The notes below the pieces were generated by a model that saw only the letters and a list, made by a program, of their open reading frames with translations, had not been told where the DNA came from and did no database searches. Below, piece by piece: positions 23,339 through 35,400 of a DNA stretch of 64,000 bases. Numbering within the stretch: the stretch's first letter is position 1; each line of letters begins with the position of its first letter. Made by a program: the position numbers and the translations under genes. Source of the stretch: Hydrolagus colliei (lineage: Eukaryota); NCBI GenBank assembly GCA_035084275.1, contig CM068769.1, positions 1,302,001 to 1,366,000 of the forward strand. The letters are read 5' to 3'.

Positions 23339-26300
23339 CTCAGGAATTTTCTGGACCACCTACAGTAATTAATCTTTTTATTTGATAGTTTGGATGACTT
23401 TAGTGTAATGGTTGTTGTCTCTGACAATCGGAGTGATAAAGGTTCACAGCGGAATTTTACAGAACCTGAATTTCACTGTAAAATATCTAAATTATTGTAC
23501 AGTTCAATACCGCAGAAGCTCCTGCCAGGATGCTCAGTGCTGGTGCACAGCCACCCCACTGCACTACAGTTACTAGCAGAGGATCAGGTCAGTGTCTGAG
23601 CTGAAATACTGGGATTTGTGGGTGAAGAGAGAAGGGAATATTTCTACAAGTTCATTGAAGATGAGATGTTGGCTGCTGTTTATAGTCACGTGGAGGAGAA
23701 CGAGATCCTGTTCACCATGTGCTACAAACCGACCTACTGCTTTATCCTCGCTATGTCTCTGGGACCCTTCTTTAAAGGCAAATCCAGCCACAAACGGAAA
23801 GTTTCCAAGACAGTCACACAACTGTTCTCCTATTATATTTACCACATTCTAACACATCACAGTGCAGAGACACACAGCCCCCGCGATGTGTTGCTGAAGA
23901 CTGGTGAGTTGGTCTTCACTGGAGTCTCTCAGAGAAGCACTGTATTGAATAATGAAGATATGATCAAATCTAAACTCCAGCCGTCCCAGTTCCTCTTTGG
24001 CCTTCTCATGGAGCTTGTGGAGAGGGAGGGTTCAGAGCACATTGTGGTGTACACATTGCCGCACCTCACTCACCAGGAGTTTGTAGCCGCACTCGCTCTT
24101 CTCCTGTCTCCACATCGGAGACCTTTCAGGAAATGCCTGGTTTGTGCTGACAAGGAGGAGGACGGGCGGTTTCAGAGACGTCTGCGCTTTGTTGCTGGTC
24201 TCTCTTCGCCACAGGCAGCTCAGTCACTGGAGGAGTTTTTGGGGCCATTTGTTGATCAGACAACCTGCGTGTTGATCTATTGTCTAACGGAGAATATAGC
24301 AGAGCACATCCCACTACCTGTTTGAGTCTCAGAATCAAGCGCTGGCTCAGCTCACGCTGGGCTCTGTACAGTCACAGACATTCGGTGATTCCTCTCCAGA
24401 CAGAGCATTGACACTGACACCGATAGATTGTGTTGTGCTGTCTCAGGCCATTGGAGTGTGCGACACAAAGCAATTGGATCTGTGTCACTGCTATATTCAG
24501 GATGAGGGCCTCCAACGTCTGGTTCCTGTTCTGCACAAGTGTCAGGATTTGAGGTAATACCTCTGTTTGTATCTCTCACTGTGTCACACACAGAGGGTGA
24601 GGGAGAAACTGGGAAGCTCTCTCTGCTCTGGAGGAAGACAGAGGAAGCCTGTGGCCTAGTCACTTGGGCCGGAGGAGATAAGGCTGTTGAGTACGGGCAG
24701 TGAGGATTGTGGGGCCTGAGCTAATGGAACAGAGTGGGAGTGGCCGATAGGGGGCAGGAGAGAGGGGTCAAACCAGGGAGCTGCAACACTGGGAGTGTGC
24801 AAGGGAGCGAGTAGTGTTTGCCATCGTAACACATCCTCTCCCTCTTCTCGGTGTGCACTGACGTGCTCCTTTCCCTCAGCCCTTCCCTCTCCAACATCGA
24901 TGGTCGTACCTTCATCCTCTCTGCTCCGTGCCTGTGGAAATCCATCCCGGAGAAGCTCCTCCTCACCCTCTCCCTACCCCATTCAATGCCCATTTGAATA
25001 TCATCTTCTTCAATCACTCTTTCTTCCACCCCAATCCGCTGCCCATTCTCACGCTCTAACCCAAACCCCCAGCTCGGGTGCAAACTCCTGATAATCCAGC
25101 CTTTCTCCCTTGATGTGAAAGTTGCCGTGTAAATAAAACGTGTTGCTGTTGGCATAGAGACTGGAGTGACTTGGTCCTCCCAATCTATTCTCCATTCGCA
25201 CATCGCAACAAGTCTGGCTCCAAATAACTTTCAATCCCGAACACATAGTCCTCCCTCTCCTGCGTTATTCCCTCCATCTCCGAACTTCACCATTCACTGT
25301 CTGATATCCATCACTCAGTCCATCTCTCCTCCATTACCTGCATTTTCGACAGCGCTTTCGGCTGCCCCATTCCCTCTTTCCCCTCTCCCACTCTCCTTCC
25401 CCTTCTCTCTTCTTCTACCGTCCAACATCACCCAACCTCACCCCCCATCCCGCACGGGCCCCGACCAGAACGTTTAGCGTTTTGGCACGTTCTTCCGACG
25501 TGAAGTCCGCTTTAAAAGAGCAATTTTGTTGTTGTTTTTGCTGTTGCTTCCCTTCTTCAACGCCTATCTCTTTACCCCCCTCGACTAAATTCTTCCCTCA
25601 CTCTCCGACCTCCATCCCTCGCTCTCCGATATACTTCCCGCCCTCTCTGAGATCCTCGTCCCAACCCTACCTCCATCAATAACTGCCTCCCTCCATGCCT
25701 TTGTGACGTCCTCACTCCCTTCCTGCCTCCCTGCCAGGCCGACTGCCTCCCTCCTTCCGTTTATTTCTGCCTCTCAACATCCTCCTTCCCACACTGCCTC
25801 CCGCTCTTACTCAATGCATTGCTCCCTCCCTCTTTCCTTCCCCAAAAGCCTTCCTCCTTCCATGCCTTCGTGCCTGCGTCTCTGATTTCCTCACTGCGTT
25901 TTTGCACACCTGTTTGACTGGCAGCAGCTTCCGCTTGTCCCACGAACCCTCCACCCCACCACCGGAGGTAGCACTTTAAGCAAGTAATTTCCTCCAAATC
26001 TGTCTCTTTCTCCCCCTCAATCCCTCAATTTTGCCCCTTCTCTCCCATTGTCTGTCTATCTCTCTCAATCCCTCCAAGTTACTTCGCTTGCTCCCATTTA
26101 CTCCCATTTTACATTAACCCTTCCATCTCTCTCCCTGAATCACTCAACTTGCCCATACCCTCTCTCTCCCTGAATCCCTGCTGCTTGCCCGCTCCCACTC
26201 TCTCTCACGCAATCCCACGCATTCACCTCCGCCAACCCCCACTCTCTCCTATTCTCTCCTAAAAACCTTCATCTTGAACAGTGATAATGGATCCTAATTC

Positions 26301-26691
26301 CCCTGCCAACCCCCCAAATCGGAGTCCTGCTCTGCCACTAATACGCTCTCAGGCGCTGCTCTTTCTAGATTGTGCTACATAATTGCTAGTTGTTATTGTT
26401 GTCCCTGTGTGGAACAGCTGTGAGACTCGACCTGGTGTGATTATATTATCAATGTCAGTGTTTGTCTGAACCAACCAATACTTACTAAAGATGCATTTGT
26501 GTGTACGTTCAGGTGTCCGAATTTGGTTCCAGCTTCTGTAAATTAATGTCAATGTGTATTGTATGTTTACACTTTATTCGCTGTGTTTCTGTCGTTCTGT
26601 GCAGGCTGGACAGCAATCATCTGGGACATTCAGGAGTGAAGTGAATGTGTGAGGCTCTGAGGAACCTGGAGTGCAAAATACAGACACTGCA
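23339..26691 (+). pseudogene. NACHT-LRR (NLRC3-like, shark-type NLR) pseudogene
   Basis: Walker B-like FLFDSLDDF (about 23375-23401), KLLPGCSVLV, SV*AEILGF (TGA 23597-23599), ILFTMCYKPTYC, PHLTHQEFVAAL, RFVAGLSSP, frameshift near 24311, then HYLFESQNQALA...LTPIDCVVLS...GLQRLVPVLHKCQDL to the donor at 24554. An 87-nt LRR exon at 26605-26691 (LDSNHLGHSGVK*MCEALRNLECKIQTL) has a stop and a GT>AT donor. No Walker A or N-terminal domain was found. Confidence 0.9.
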
Positions 26692-27559
26692 ATAAGTTAC
26701 AGAATGTGCGAGAATACAGGGCCGTACGCAGAATTTTTTTTGGGGGGGTGCGAATTGCTAGTGATGGGACCAACAATGGCCAGGTGTTTGCGGGCTGCCC
26801 CCGAAGCCCCCTCGAGGTCTCCGACGTTTTACACAGTTTGAGGTCTTATTTAATCGGTTCAGAAGATCCAATATGAACGGTAAATGTTTCATGCCCTTGG
26901 TGTTTAAGAGCATCATTATTTATTCAGTGTTTATATTTTCCCCGGTAGTCCGTGTCTAATTGGATAGGTCGAATGTGTTCGCCGATAAAAGCAAACACGA
27001 TTGTTGACTCGATGATGTAAGGAATGCGAACGATAAAGTAAATTACAATCCAATTAACACAGTACAATGACGAATGCTTGATAAATGTATGCACATAGAG
27101 AAAATGATCATAAACTACAGATTGACGGTAATTAATAAGTTGTTCTGCATTGTTATCCTAAGACTAAATTTCTTTCGGACTGTAATGAACAATAATGTAA
27201 GAGTAAAGTATGAATGATGTGCTCAGATATTCCAGCAAAGCAAATTTTATAAAAGACAAGAAAATATACAGAAACTGAAAATAAGTGTCAAACAGTTAAT
27301 TCACACGTGTTACAAGCCTGTTATCAGCATTATCCTGAAAATATCGTTGAACTGTGAGCAATAGTGTAGTTAGTTTTTATTTATTTATTTAGAATCAAAA
27401 TGAAAGGCAGTGACCCATCAAGCAATACTGATCTGACGAAAAAATACTTGAAAAAATAAGGGAGGGGAAATTAATTATTTAATAGCGTTCCGTATTCGAG
27501 ACGCCTCGGTCGCTTTGAAGCGAATACGTCAACTGCTCTACCAATATCGATTTCCATAT

Positions 27560-27895
27560 TATAATGAATGTGCATTAACGCGAGGGCTGAAAGTCGCTCC
27601 TATACGGAGCAGAATGCTGGACACTTTGGCAAACCCAGGAGATTAGGTGACTCACGAGGTATATACCAGGCTTCTAAGAGACGCCCTGAACGTTTACTGG
27701 CGACAGCATTTGACAAATAGTGAGCTATATGGTACACTACCACACTGGTATCACAGACATTACTGCAGAGGCGTCTTAGGTTTAGCGGACATAGCTGGAG
27801 AAGCCGGGAGGAAACTGTCCATAGTGCTACTATCCTATGGGAACCATTGCACGGTCACAGAACACGAGGTAGACCGACCCTAACCTACCTCGTTA
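27560..27895 (+). mobile_element. RTE/RTE-X-type LINE ORF2 C-terminal fragment inside the TIR element
   Basis: Frame-shifted pieces LLYGAECWTL, VYTRLLRDALNVYWRQHLTNSELYG, RLRFSGHSWRS and WEPLHGHRTRGRPTLTY. Confidence 0.75.
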
Positions 27896-28261
27896 CATGA
27901 AATGCACGGATTATATTATTTTTCAAAGAGAGAAAGAGTGACTTTCAGAGGAGTCACGTTGAAGAGATTTGTGTAGGAAGAGCTGTTGCTTTGCAGACTC
28001 GACTGCACTTGTCCTTTATATCCCGCTGGTGTGAGGCAGCAGTTCTGGGGACCTCAACTCTAACAGGTGCAGGTTAACTATCCTTTAAGTTATAGCCAAT
28101 TACGTGACACTGCCCACAAACCCTGAAAAGAAATCTCAGTTGTCAATCAGTCAGATATGCAACCTCGACCTTGGGAATGTCCTCAGATTCAGAGGCACTG
28201 AGTAGGAGGAAAATAAAGTTTCCCACAGGTGATAGAAGACAGTAGCATCACCTGGCGAGTC

Positions 28262-28670
28262 GCCTGGCACAGTGAATAGCACTCTGGCCTCTGAGTCAGA
28301 AAGTTGTGGGTTCAAACCCCACGTCGGCACTCGGTATCACACAGAGGAAGTTGACACTTCAATGTGGTGCTGTGGGGGGGGGGGGGGGGTTAGAGGCTCT
28401 GTTATTTTGGTTGAGATGCTGAACCGAGGTCTGATCCGTCTGTTTAGATGGAAGTGAAAAGATCCTCTGACACTACTCGAAAAACGGAGGGAAGTCTCTC
28501 TCCTGTTGTCCTGGCCAACAAACGCCCCCAAATAAAATCGGTGACTCACTCCATCGGTGTTTGTGGGACAATCCTGGGCAAAAACTGGCCACTTTACAGT
28601 ACGTTCTGTGAAGCGCTCTGAGCTGTCTCGACAATGTACTAAGGCACTATTATCAATTGCTAACATTATC
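28262..28670 (+). mobile_element. Long tRNA/Deu-type SINE (SacSINE1-like) inside the TIR element
   Basis: Head CTCTGGCCTCTGAGTCAGAAAGTTGTGGGTTCAAACCCCAC, body GCTGAACCGAGGTCTG...GTTGTCCTGGCCAAC, tail TTCTGTGAAGCGCTCTGAG. Family assignment from memory of consensus features. Confidence 0.65.
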
Positions 28671-29580
28671 AGATTAAAATACGATTTCAGCTTCCACAAA
28701 GTGGTGCTACCTTTTTATGTAGTGACTGTATACGGGATGATTTCCGATTGACACACCACGTGGAATAGGCGCTAAAGCATAGGTCTATGTCCATTAGTAT
28801 TTTTGTTAAAGATAGGCATTCCCGTCCAGACACATATAACTTTTTTGTTGGGTTCTCAAAAGCTTTAATTTCTCAGAAGCTTGTACATATGTTGTCATTG
28901 TTTGCTAGCATTACAGTCACACTTCTCAAAACCTGAGCAATTTTTACTTACGGTGATCAGATGAAAAGATGATTTTAACTCCAGAATTGGTGCTGCCCAT
29001 TGTGGCTGTTTACGGGATGATTTCCAAACGATGATGGATTTGAGTCTTGGCGCCTATGTTTATCCAATCACGAGTCACAGACTCGCCGCGTCATGGACTG
29101 GTCTATCGACGCGGTATGTTTTGGGTAGACGCCGATTCTGGTGCGCGACTCGATAATTTTATATTAATACTAAATCATTGAAAGATGTGTATTTATAATT
29201 TATATATAGTTTTGAAGAACCGATTGTTGCACAAATGTTCAATAAATTTACCTGGTATTTAAATTTGATAAAAAAATGCAATTCTCTACCCCGGAAAATG
29301 TGGACCTTTTATAATTTGGGGGGGTGCGTACGCACCCGTCGCACCCCCCCTGCGTACGGCCTTGGAATATGACATCCTGAGTGTGAATTTTCCGAATTCT
29401 CAGTGTGTTATTGTTATTGGCTGATCAGTTGGTATCAGCTGGATGTTGGGCCAGTATCAATTTGACTGCATGAGACCATCAGCCATCTCAGTGACCCTCA
29501 GTGATCACACACTAAACATGGATTAACAAGGAATCTGTACTATGGGGGGAACAGCAAATATGGTGAGGCGTGGACAAATG

Positions 29581-30440
29581 TGTTGGAATTTCCGATCCCG
29601 AGAGTTCAAAGTAATGACCAAAATTCCTTAATAAAGCTATATTGATTTAATTATTATAATCAATTTTAGAACGATAGAATAAGATGATCATACTAATAGT
29701 TCTATGTAGAATACAATGCTGGATTCAGTCTGTTACACCATAAGTCATGTTCAGGCTTCTCACAATACTCACACCTTCTAACTTTCATAATCTGACTGGC
29801 AATTCACTGCCTGTAAAACAGAACAACTGGAACCATGACCCATTCCGAGCAGTTTTGGACAACAGTAGCAGGCTGGAAATCTCGGTTCACACTGAGACAC
29901 TCCCCAACTGTTGCAAAGAGCCACTCTTTCCCTCCTATCGTTATACTTCTCCACCGTAACTAACTCAGCAGGTTGGTCACTTGGACAATGTCCAGAAGTG
30001 ATGTCAAAAACAGACTACCTAAAGGCCAGAGTTGTAGGGAACTGTTCGCCTACCTTCTTTTCCCCGACCTTGAGATGGCTCTCCTGCTACACACTTGGCA
30101 ATTTCCTAAATGCGTAGAGGAAAATTTTAGCGACTTTGTGCGATAAAGAGCTTTCGGACTTTGTTGAGTCCTCTGCTTTGTCTATATCTCAAGCCGCTCT
30201 CCTTCAATTCTTTATTTATCCCAGAGGCTACTGATGTTATTGCGCTCCTTGGTTTATTGGCGCGGAGGAGTATCCAAGCGCAGGGGTATGTGCGCATTGT
30301 GTTTTGTGCAGTCAAGTTGTTTCTCTCCCTTTTGCTCAAGGTTGCTGACCATGCCTTTGTTGTGGATAGATTGTTTTAATTGGTGCCTGATTGGAACTAA
30401 CTATAATTAGTTTTTAATGCAGTTCATCCATATCTCAACA
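29581..30440. mobile_element. Possible solo-LTR-like element
   Basis: Starts TGTTGGAAT and a candidate end is ...ATCTCAACA (TGTTG...CAACA). The first about 38 bp match 19633-19670. No TSD found. Confidence 0.35.
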
Positions 30441-30749
30441 AGAGACACAAGACTGCAAGTCAACTTCGATTTATCCCACCATAAATCTACTGTGCTACAC
30501 AATTATCTCTATTGTTCTCTACCGCCTTGCCTCCCTCCATCTCTTGCGCCTTCCGTGCCACACCATCGCTCACACTTACCTCCCACCACCCCCAACCTCC
30601 CCTTATCTCTGATTTCTTAACTCCTCAATACTGTAAATTTTTCATTATCACCAGACTCCCACTCCCTCCAAACCACCCCACGTTCCCACACATCATCTGC
30701 TCCACCATCAAATGACGTGTTTTACGCCACTACATCGCCAATATCTTTC

Positions 30750-31700
30750 TTTCTCTCTCCTTTGGTAAACCTTCCACACTCTCTCTCATGCCCTCACATT
30801 CTCGCTCGCTGTCACACTCATGTTTTCCTCTCTCTCAAAAGACTCCTTTTCTCAGACACGCTGTGCCTCACACTCACTGTTTTTCTCTCTCACACATACA
30901 CACTCTCCACCTCTCAGACACACTATCTCTCACACACTCAGGGTTTCTGTCTCTCTCTCTTTACTTCACACACTCCCCTCTCAGACATACATTCTCAAAC
31001 TCACATTCACGGTTCCTCTGTCTCACACTCTCCCTATCTTAGACACAGGCACACACTCGCACTCACTGTTTCTCTGTAGCTCACACTCTCCCCTCTCAGA
31101 TATGTACTCAAAGTTACATTAATTGTTTCTCTCTTTCATACTCTCCCTTTCACTGATACATACACTCACTCACACTCACTGATTCTATGTATCTCACACT
31201 CTTCCTTCTCAGACATACACTCTTAAATTCACGTTCTTGGTTTATCTGTCTCACACTCTCCCTCTCTCCCTCTCTCAGAAACATACTCTGCCTCACACTC
31301 ACTATTTCTCTCTCTCCATGACTATCTCTCCATCTCTCAGACACTCCCTTTCTCCCACATTCATTGATTCTTTCTCGCTCTCTTGTCCAACACTCTCCTC
31401 TCAGATATACATTCTCAAACTCACATTCACGGTACTTCTTTCTCACACTCTCCCTCTCTCACCCTCTCTGTGAGTCATTCTTTCGCTGACACTTTCAGCC
31501 TCTCTGTTTCGTGCTCTGAGACTTTCTGTGAGACTCTCACTCCCTGGCACACTCTAGTTGTTTCTGTATCACACACAATTAATTTCTCTATCTCGGTCTA
31601 CCTTTCTCAGTCTCGCTGTCTTTCTTCACAGTCTCACTCTCTCAGTCTCCCAGTCTCTCTGTCGGTCTCCCACTCTCTTTCTCATTCTGTCTTCTAAAAA
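30750..31700. repeat. CT/CA-rich degenerate minisatellite
   Basis: Recurrent unit cactcccctctcaga(c/t)atacattctcaaactcacattcacggt near 30971, 31086, 31200 and 31391 among CTCT/CACA tracts. Confidence 0.7.
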
Positions 31701-32599
31701 ACAGATAGTCACTACACATGACTCTAAACCGAATCTCACAGTGAGTGCAGCTTACAGCACGGTTGGTTGTGGGTGGTTAGTAACAGTGAGCACAGTAACA
31801 CGGGAGGGGTGGTTCATCAGGTATGGCGTTTGTCAGTGAGAGAGTTAGTCAGTCAGTCAGTCGGTCGGTCGGTTGGTTCGTCGGTTAGTCAGTCAGTCAG
31901 TCAGTCCCACGGCACAGTGTTAGAGACTGAGGCAGTTGCTGCAATCTCTATTTTGGGGTTGATTTGCTGTGATAACAGGGTTTTGAAGGTCTGGTTCTCC
32001 ATTGACGGATGTTGCGGATCAACACTTGGGCTTGAAGATGGTCAGGTAGACAGTTAAGAGCATAAGAACATAATAAGTAGGAGCAGCAGTAGGCCATTCG
32101 GCTCCGTGAGCCTGATCCGCCATTAAACGAGATCATGGCTGATCTATTCTAGCTTCGCTCTCCTTCCAATTCCAAGTCACAAACATGAAACCAACTTGTA
32201 GTCAAATCCCGAGGCTGTTCGTGAGGTCTCCTTTATAATTTGGCCTTCATATAATGTCGTTGAAGTTGCTGATCAATAGCAATGAACTGGGGAATGGCCC
32301 TCCTTCACTGTTCCCCTGCAAGTGGGAACTATGTATTATGGAGACCTGTGCGCGGTAAGGCTGGTCTTGTAGGTGAACCATAGACAGAAAACATAACCTT
32401 GTCAACAGCAGTCAAATTATGTTTGTCTGTCTCTGGGTGCGAGGCTAACGGTTAGTTTTTGAACTCCTCACACATACGGTGGCGTCGCTAGTCACGTGTC
32501 ACAGTTTTTTACCCTCGCTTCGCGTCCATGCAGTGACGTTACTGAATCTCCGGTCACATTGCTAATGGTTTTATTTTCACTTGTCTTGTTCGATCTCAC

Positions 32600-33350
32600 C
32601 TACAATTGCCTACACGGCATGCCCATAAAACTCTACGAACCGGTCCGCAACCTTGGCATCATGTTCGATCCCCAAAGGCACTTCCTCCCCAACATCTGGT
32701 CACTCAACAGCATTGCTTTATTCCTCCTGCGATGTATTGCCCATCTCTGGCAGTACATTGTCCCAATAGCCGATCAAATTCAGGTACATGCCTTTGTCAT
32801 CTCTCGGCTGGACTGCGCAAATGTCCTTCTTGCTGCTCTCCACTCCATCACAATCCATATAAATCAGCTCATTCAGAACTCTGCTGCTAGCATTCTCACC
32901 TGCACCAAACTTCGCTCCCCGATTACCCCCATTCCTTGCTAGACTTCACTGGCTCCCTGTCACGTAGAGGATCGATTTCAAGATCCACACTCTTACTTTC
33001 AAGTCTCTCTATCCAATCTTCTCCCACATATCTATCTCCCACCTCCTCTCTCCCCCAACACATTAGACATTGCCTACGATTCTCCGTTTCTGGTCATCTC
33101 CTTGTCCCCTGGTTTAGTAACGGTGGCTGTGCCTGCAGTCACTATGCCTCGAAGATCTGGAACTCTGTTGCTGACTCACTTCTGCTCGCCCAATTTCTTC
33201 CCAGTTTCAATGCTAAGCTGAAGAAGTTTATTTTCGAATGCACTTTCTGTCATCTTTTCCCCGAGCTCACCCTGGCTCAAACCCGGGATCCGTTACTGTG
33301 AAGGGCGCTGCGTCGCCGTCCGGCGTGAAGGGCGCTATAGAAATCAAAGT
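32600..33350 (+). mobile_element. L2 LINE 3' fragment
   Basis: VRNLGIMFD, HAFVISRLDCAN, QLIQNSAA and HYASKIWNS motifs, with an L2 tail ending (gtt)n. Confidence 0.8.
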
Positions 33351-34559
33351 TACTGTTGTTGTTACACTGTACAGTATACTTCTTACAGTCGATAACGTGG
33401 ACGTATACAACAAAACACACTACACGTCACACTGTGAACTATTGTGACCCACTGAAAAGAAAAAAAATGGATATTGAAGGCAAATCGAGTAATTCCGTCT
33501 GAATTCCGTCGGTCCTGTATTATCAACAAATATATTTTTTATTTACAAAATATACAGAAAAAGGATACTTAACCACATTTTTCAACTCCTCTGTAAAGTT
33601 ACGCTGCGTCACGGCATAGATGGACGTGTTTGTACAGGAACTCAAAAGTTGCAGCATAAACCCGATTTGCTAGACCGAGAGAGCTATAGACGCGGCTTAA
33701 ATTGTTGTAGGTTGTAATCCGCCACTTCATTGAAGAGATAATTGTTGTCATCCATAAAAGTACAAAACTTTCCGATATTGTGAAAAGTAAAACAATGAAT
33801 TTTCCTCGCTGTTCTATTTCAGGATCTTTCCCTTTACCTCCATGTTTACTAATCTCGCTTCTCCTCCGGGCCATGCTGGCCTTTAAAATATGTCTGATGG
33901 TCAGAGTATTTTAGAGGAAAATTAAAATGAATACAATTAAAGGCGTAAAAACTCGTTGATACCAGTTATACACTCTCCAGATTGGCAATGAATGATAGCT
34001 GGGGTTGATAGTGCAGTAAAATGGCATATTGTTAATTGCCACTAGTGAACCAAAAATAAAATAACACTACAATACATTGCAATAAGCTTAGCACGCTGAC
34101 TAATATTATAACCAAATACGGAGTTTTCGCACAGTAATATGTAAATTTAGTCTTCTGACCACAAATAGCCACAAACCGATAGAAGGTGAAAACTACTGTA
34201 AACCAGGCAGAATATTTTGTGACCGCAGCCAGCAAAACAGCTTTTGCACGACACACGGGTGTGTAGAACAAAAAACTAATTGGGAAATAAATATTATTAA
34301 TGCGGTTCAATATTACATCGGTGATAATGACCTTCAGGTCTGCCGCTGCCATGGCTACCAGGTAAACAGTGATGCCTTTGGAGAGACCACAATTTCCACG
34401 GGAAAGAATCAGTGTCGCCATCAGGTTAACTAAAGGAATATAAGAAAAGAGACATGAAAGATATAATCCTAACATTTTTGTACAGTTCATAATGGACAAC
34501 GTTAATTACAATACTTTTTGTGGGTAAATGGGACAGTCAGTTAGCAGACAGCAAATCCC

Positions 34560-35400
34560 ACAAACTTCCGTGACTCACGTCCTTTGTTGTGGTGTCCTGC
34601 AGATCAGTGGAGTCCTTTATTTCGAATCCAGGCATGGCGAATCTTTGGGCAAGTTTACTTACTTCACACGCCTAATAATAATGCGTTCAACAAAATAACA
34701 ATAATAAATTTGTTATTTAAATCTACGAATGTTTGTGGGACACTGCTTGTAGGATTGTAGGATCCAAACTCTGTTTGGATCCGAGACAAGGACCGCCACG
34801 GAACTGTCTTCAATCAAACGTCTAACCCACGATCCTACAGCATAAAAACCAGTCCAGGTACCGTTCGACGAAACCGATCAGCCCTGGTTAAAACATCACC
34901 TAAAAAGCCATTACTGGAGCCTCCACCAACTACGCCTACTGATGTGGCAGAGCTGTCCGCAACTTCGCCTCAGAAGTTTTCGCCGTCTCCATCAATTTCA
35001 CAAACGCCGAGTGTTCAACCACCAGGGTTGTTGACAACACGTTTTGGACGTGTAGTTAAACCTCCTTAAATTTTAGGTGATTTTAAAATACACCTGTCTG
35101 TACTTGGGGGGAGATGTAGGATTATGCTAATCACAATGCCCTTATCTGTAGATGTATCTGGTATACCGCCATCTCGTGACAACTGTGGTAGCACTTGGAA
35201 TTGCAAGCTTGTGCTCTCTTCTGAATATAGCTGTCTTACACGAAAGTCGATCCCTCCATGGTCTCTCTTTTATATCTCGAATATAACACTGCTGTGGGCG
35301 ATTGGCGATCGCGTTTCGCCTACAATTTTACAGTCCATTGATTTAATAGTATATTCTGTGAAGCGCATTGAACCGCGTTATTTCCATGCAAGGATGATTA
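34560..35400 (+). mobile_element. Deu-domain SINE split by a Gypsy insertion
   Basis: TTTGGGCAAGTTTACTTACTTC...TTTGTGGGACACTGCT up to 34747, resuming CTGCTGTGGGCGATTGGC...TTCTGTGAAGCGC from 35289. Confidence 0.75.
34748..35288 (+). mobile_element. Internally deleted Gypsy LTR retrotransposon (pol 3' end + PPT + 174-bp LTR)
   Basis: Pol C-terminal frame DPNSVWIRDKDRHGTV...PRSYSIKTSPGTVRRNRSAL...TRFGRVVKPP*, purine tract GGGGGGAGA (35106-35114), LTR TGTAGGATT...ATAACA (35115-35288), and TSD CTGCT at 34743-34747 and 35289-35293. Confidence 0.85.

Larger units (their letters stand above)
26717..29364. mobile_element. Non-autonomous TIR DNA transposon, hAT-like termini, 5-bp TSD
   Basis: Left TIR CAGGGCCGTACGCAG and right TIR (reverse complement) CAAGGCCGTACGCAG, 14/15 identical, each followed by a GGGGGG(G)TGCG subterminal motif. 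Flanks are GAATA (26712-26716) and GAATA (29365-29369). No transposase ORF is visible. Confidence 0.82.

Noticed and set aside
29400-29580. Possible further LRR exon of the NLR after the TIR element
   Set aside because: An intron-like acceptor context is present but no convincing LxxLxLxxN frame can be read.
32503-32540. AGTTTTTTA identical to the V1 nonamer (minus strand)
   Set aside because: No CAC-type heptamer at 12 or 22/23 nt spacing.
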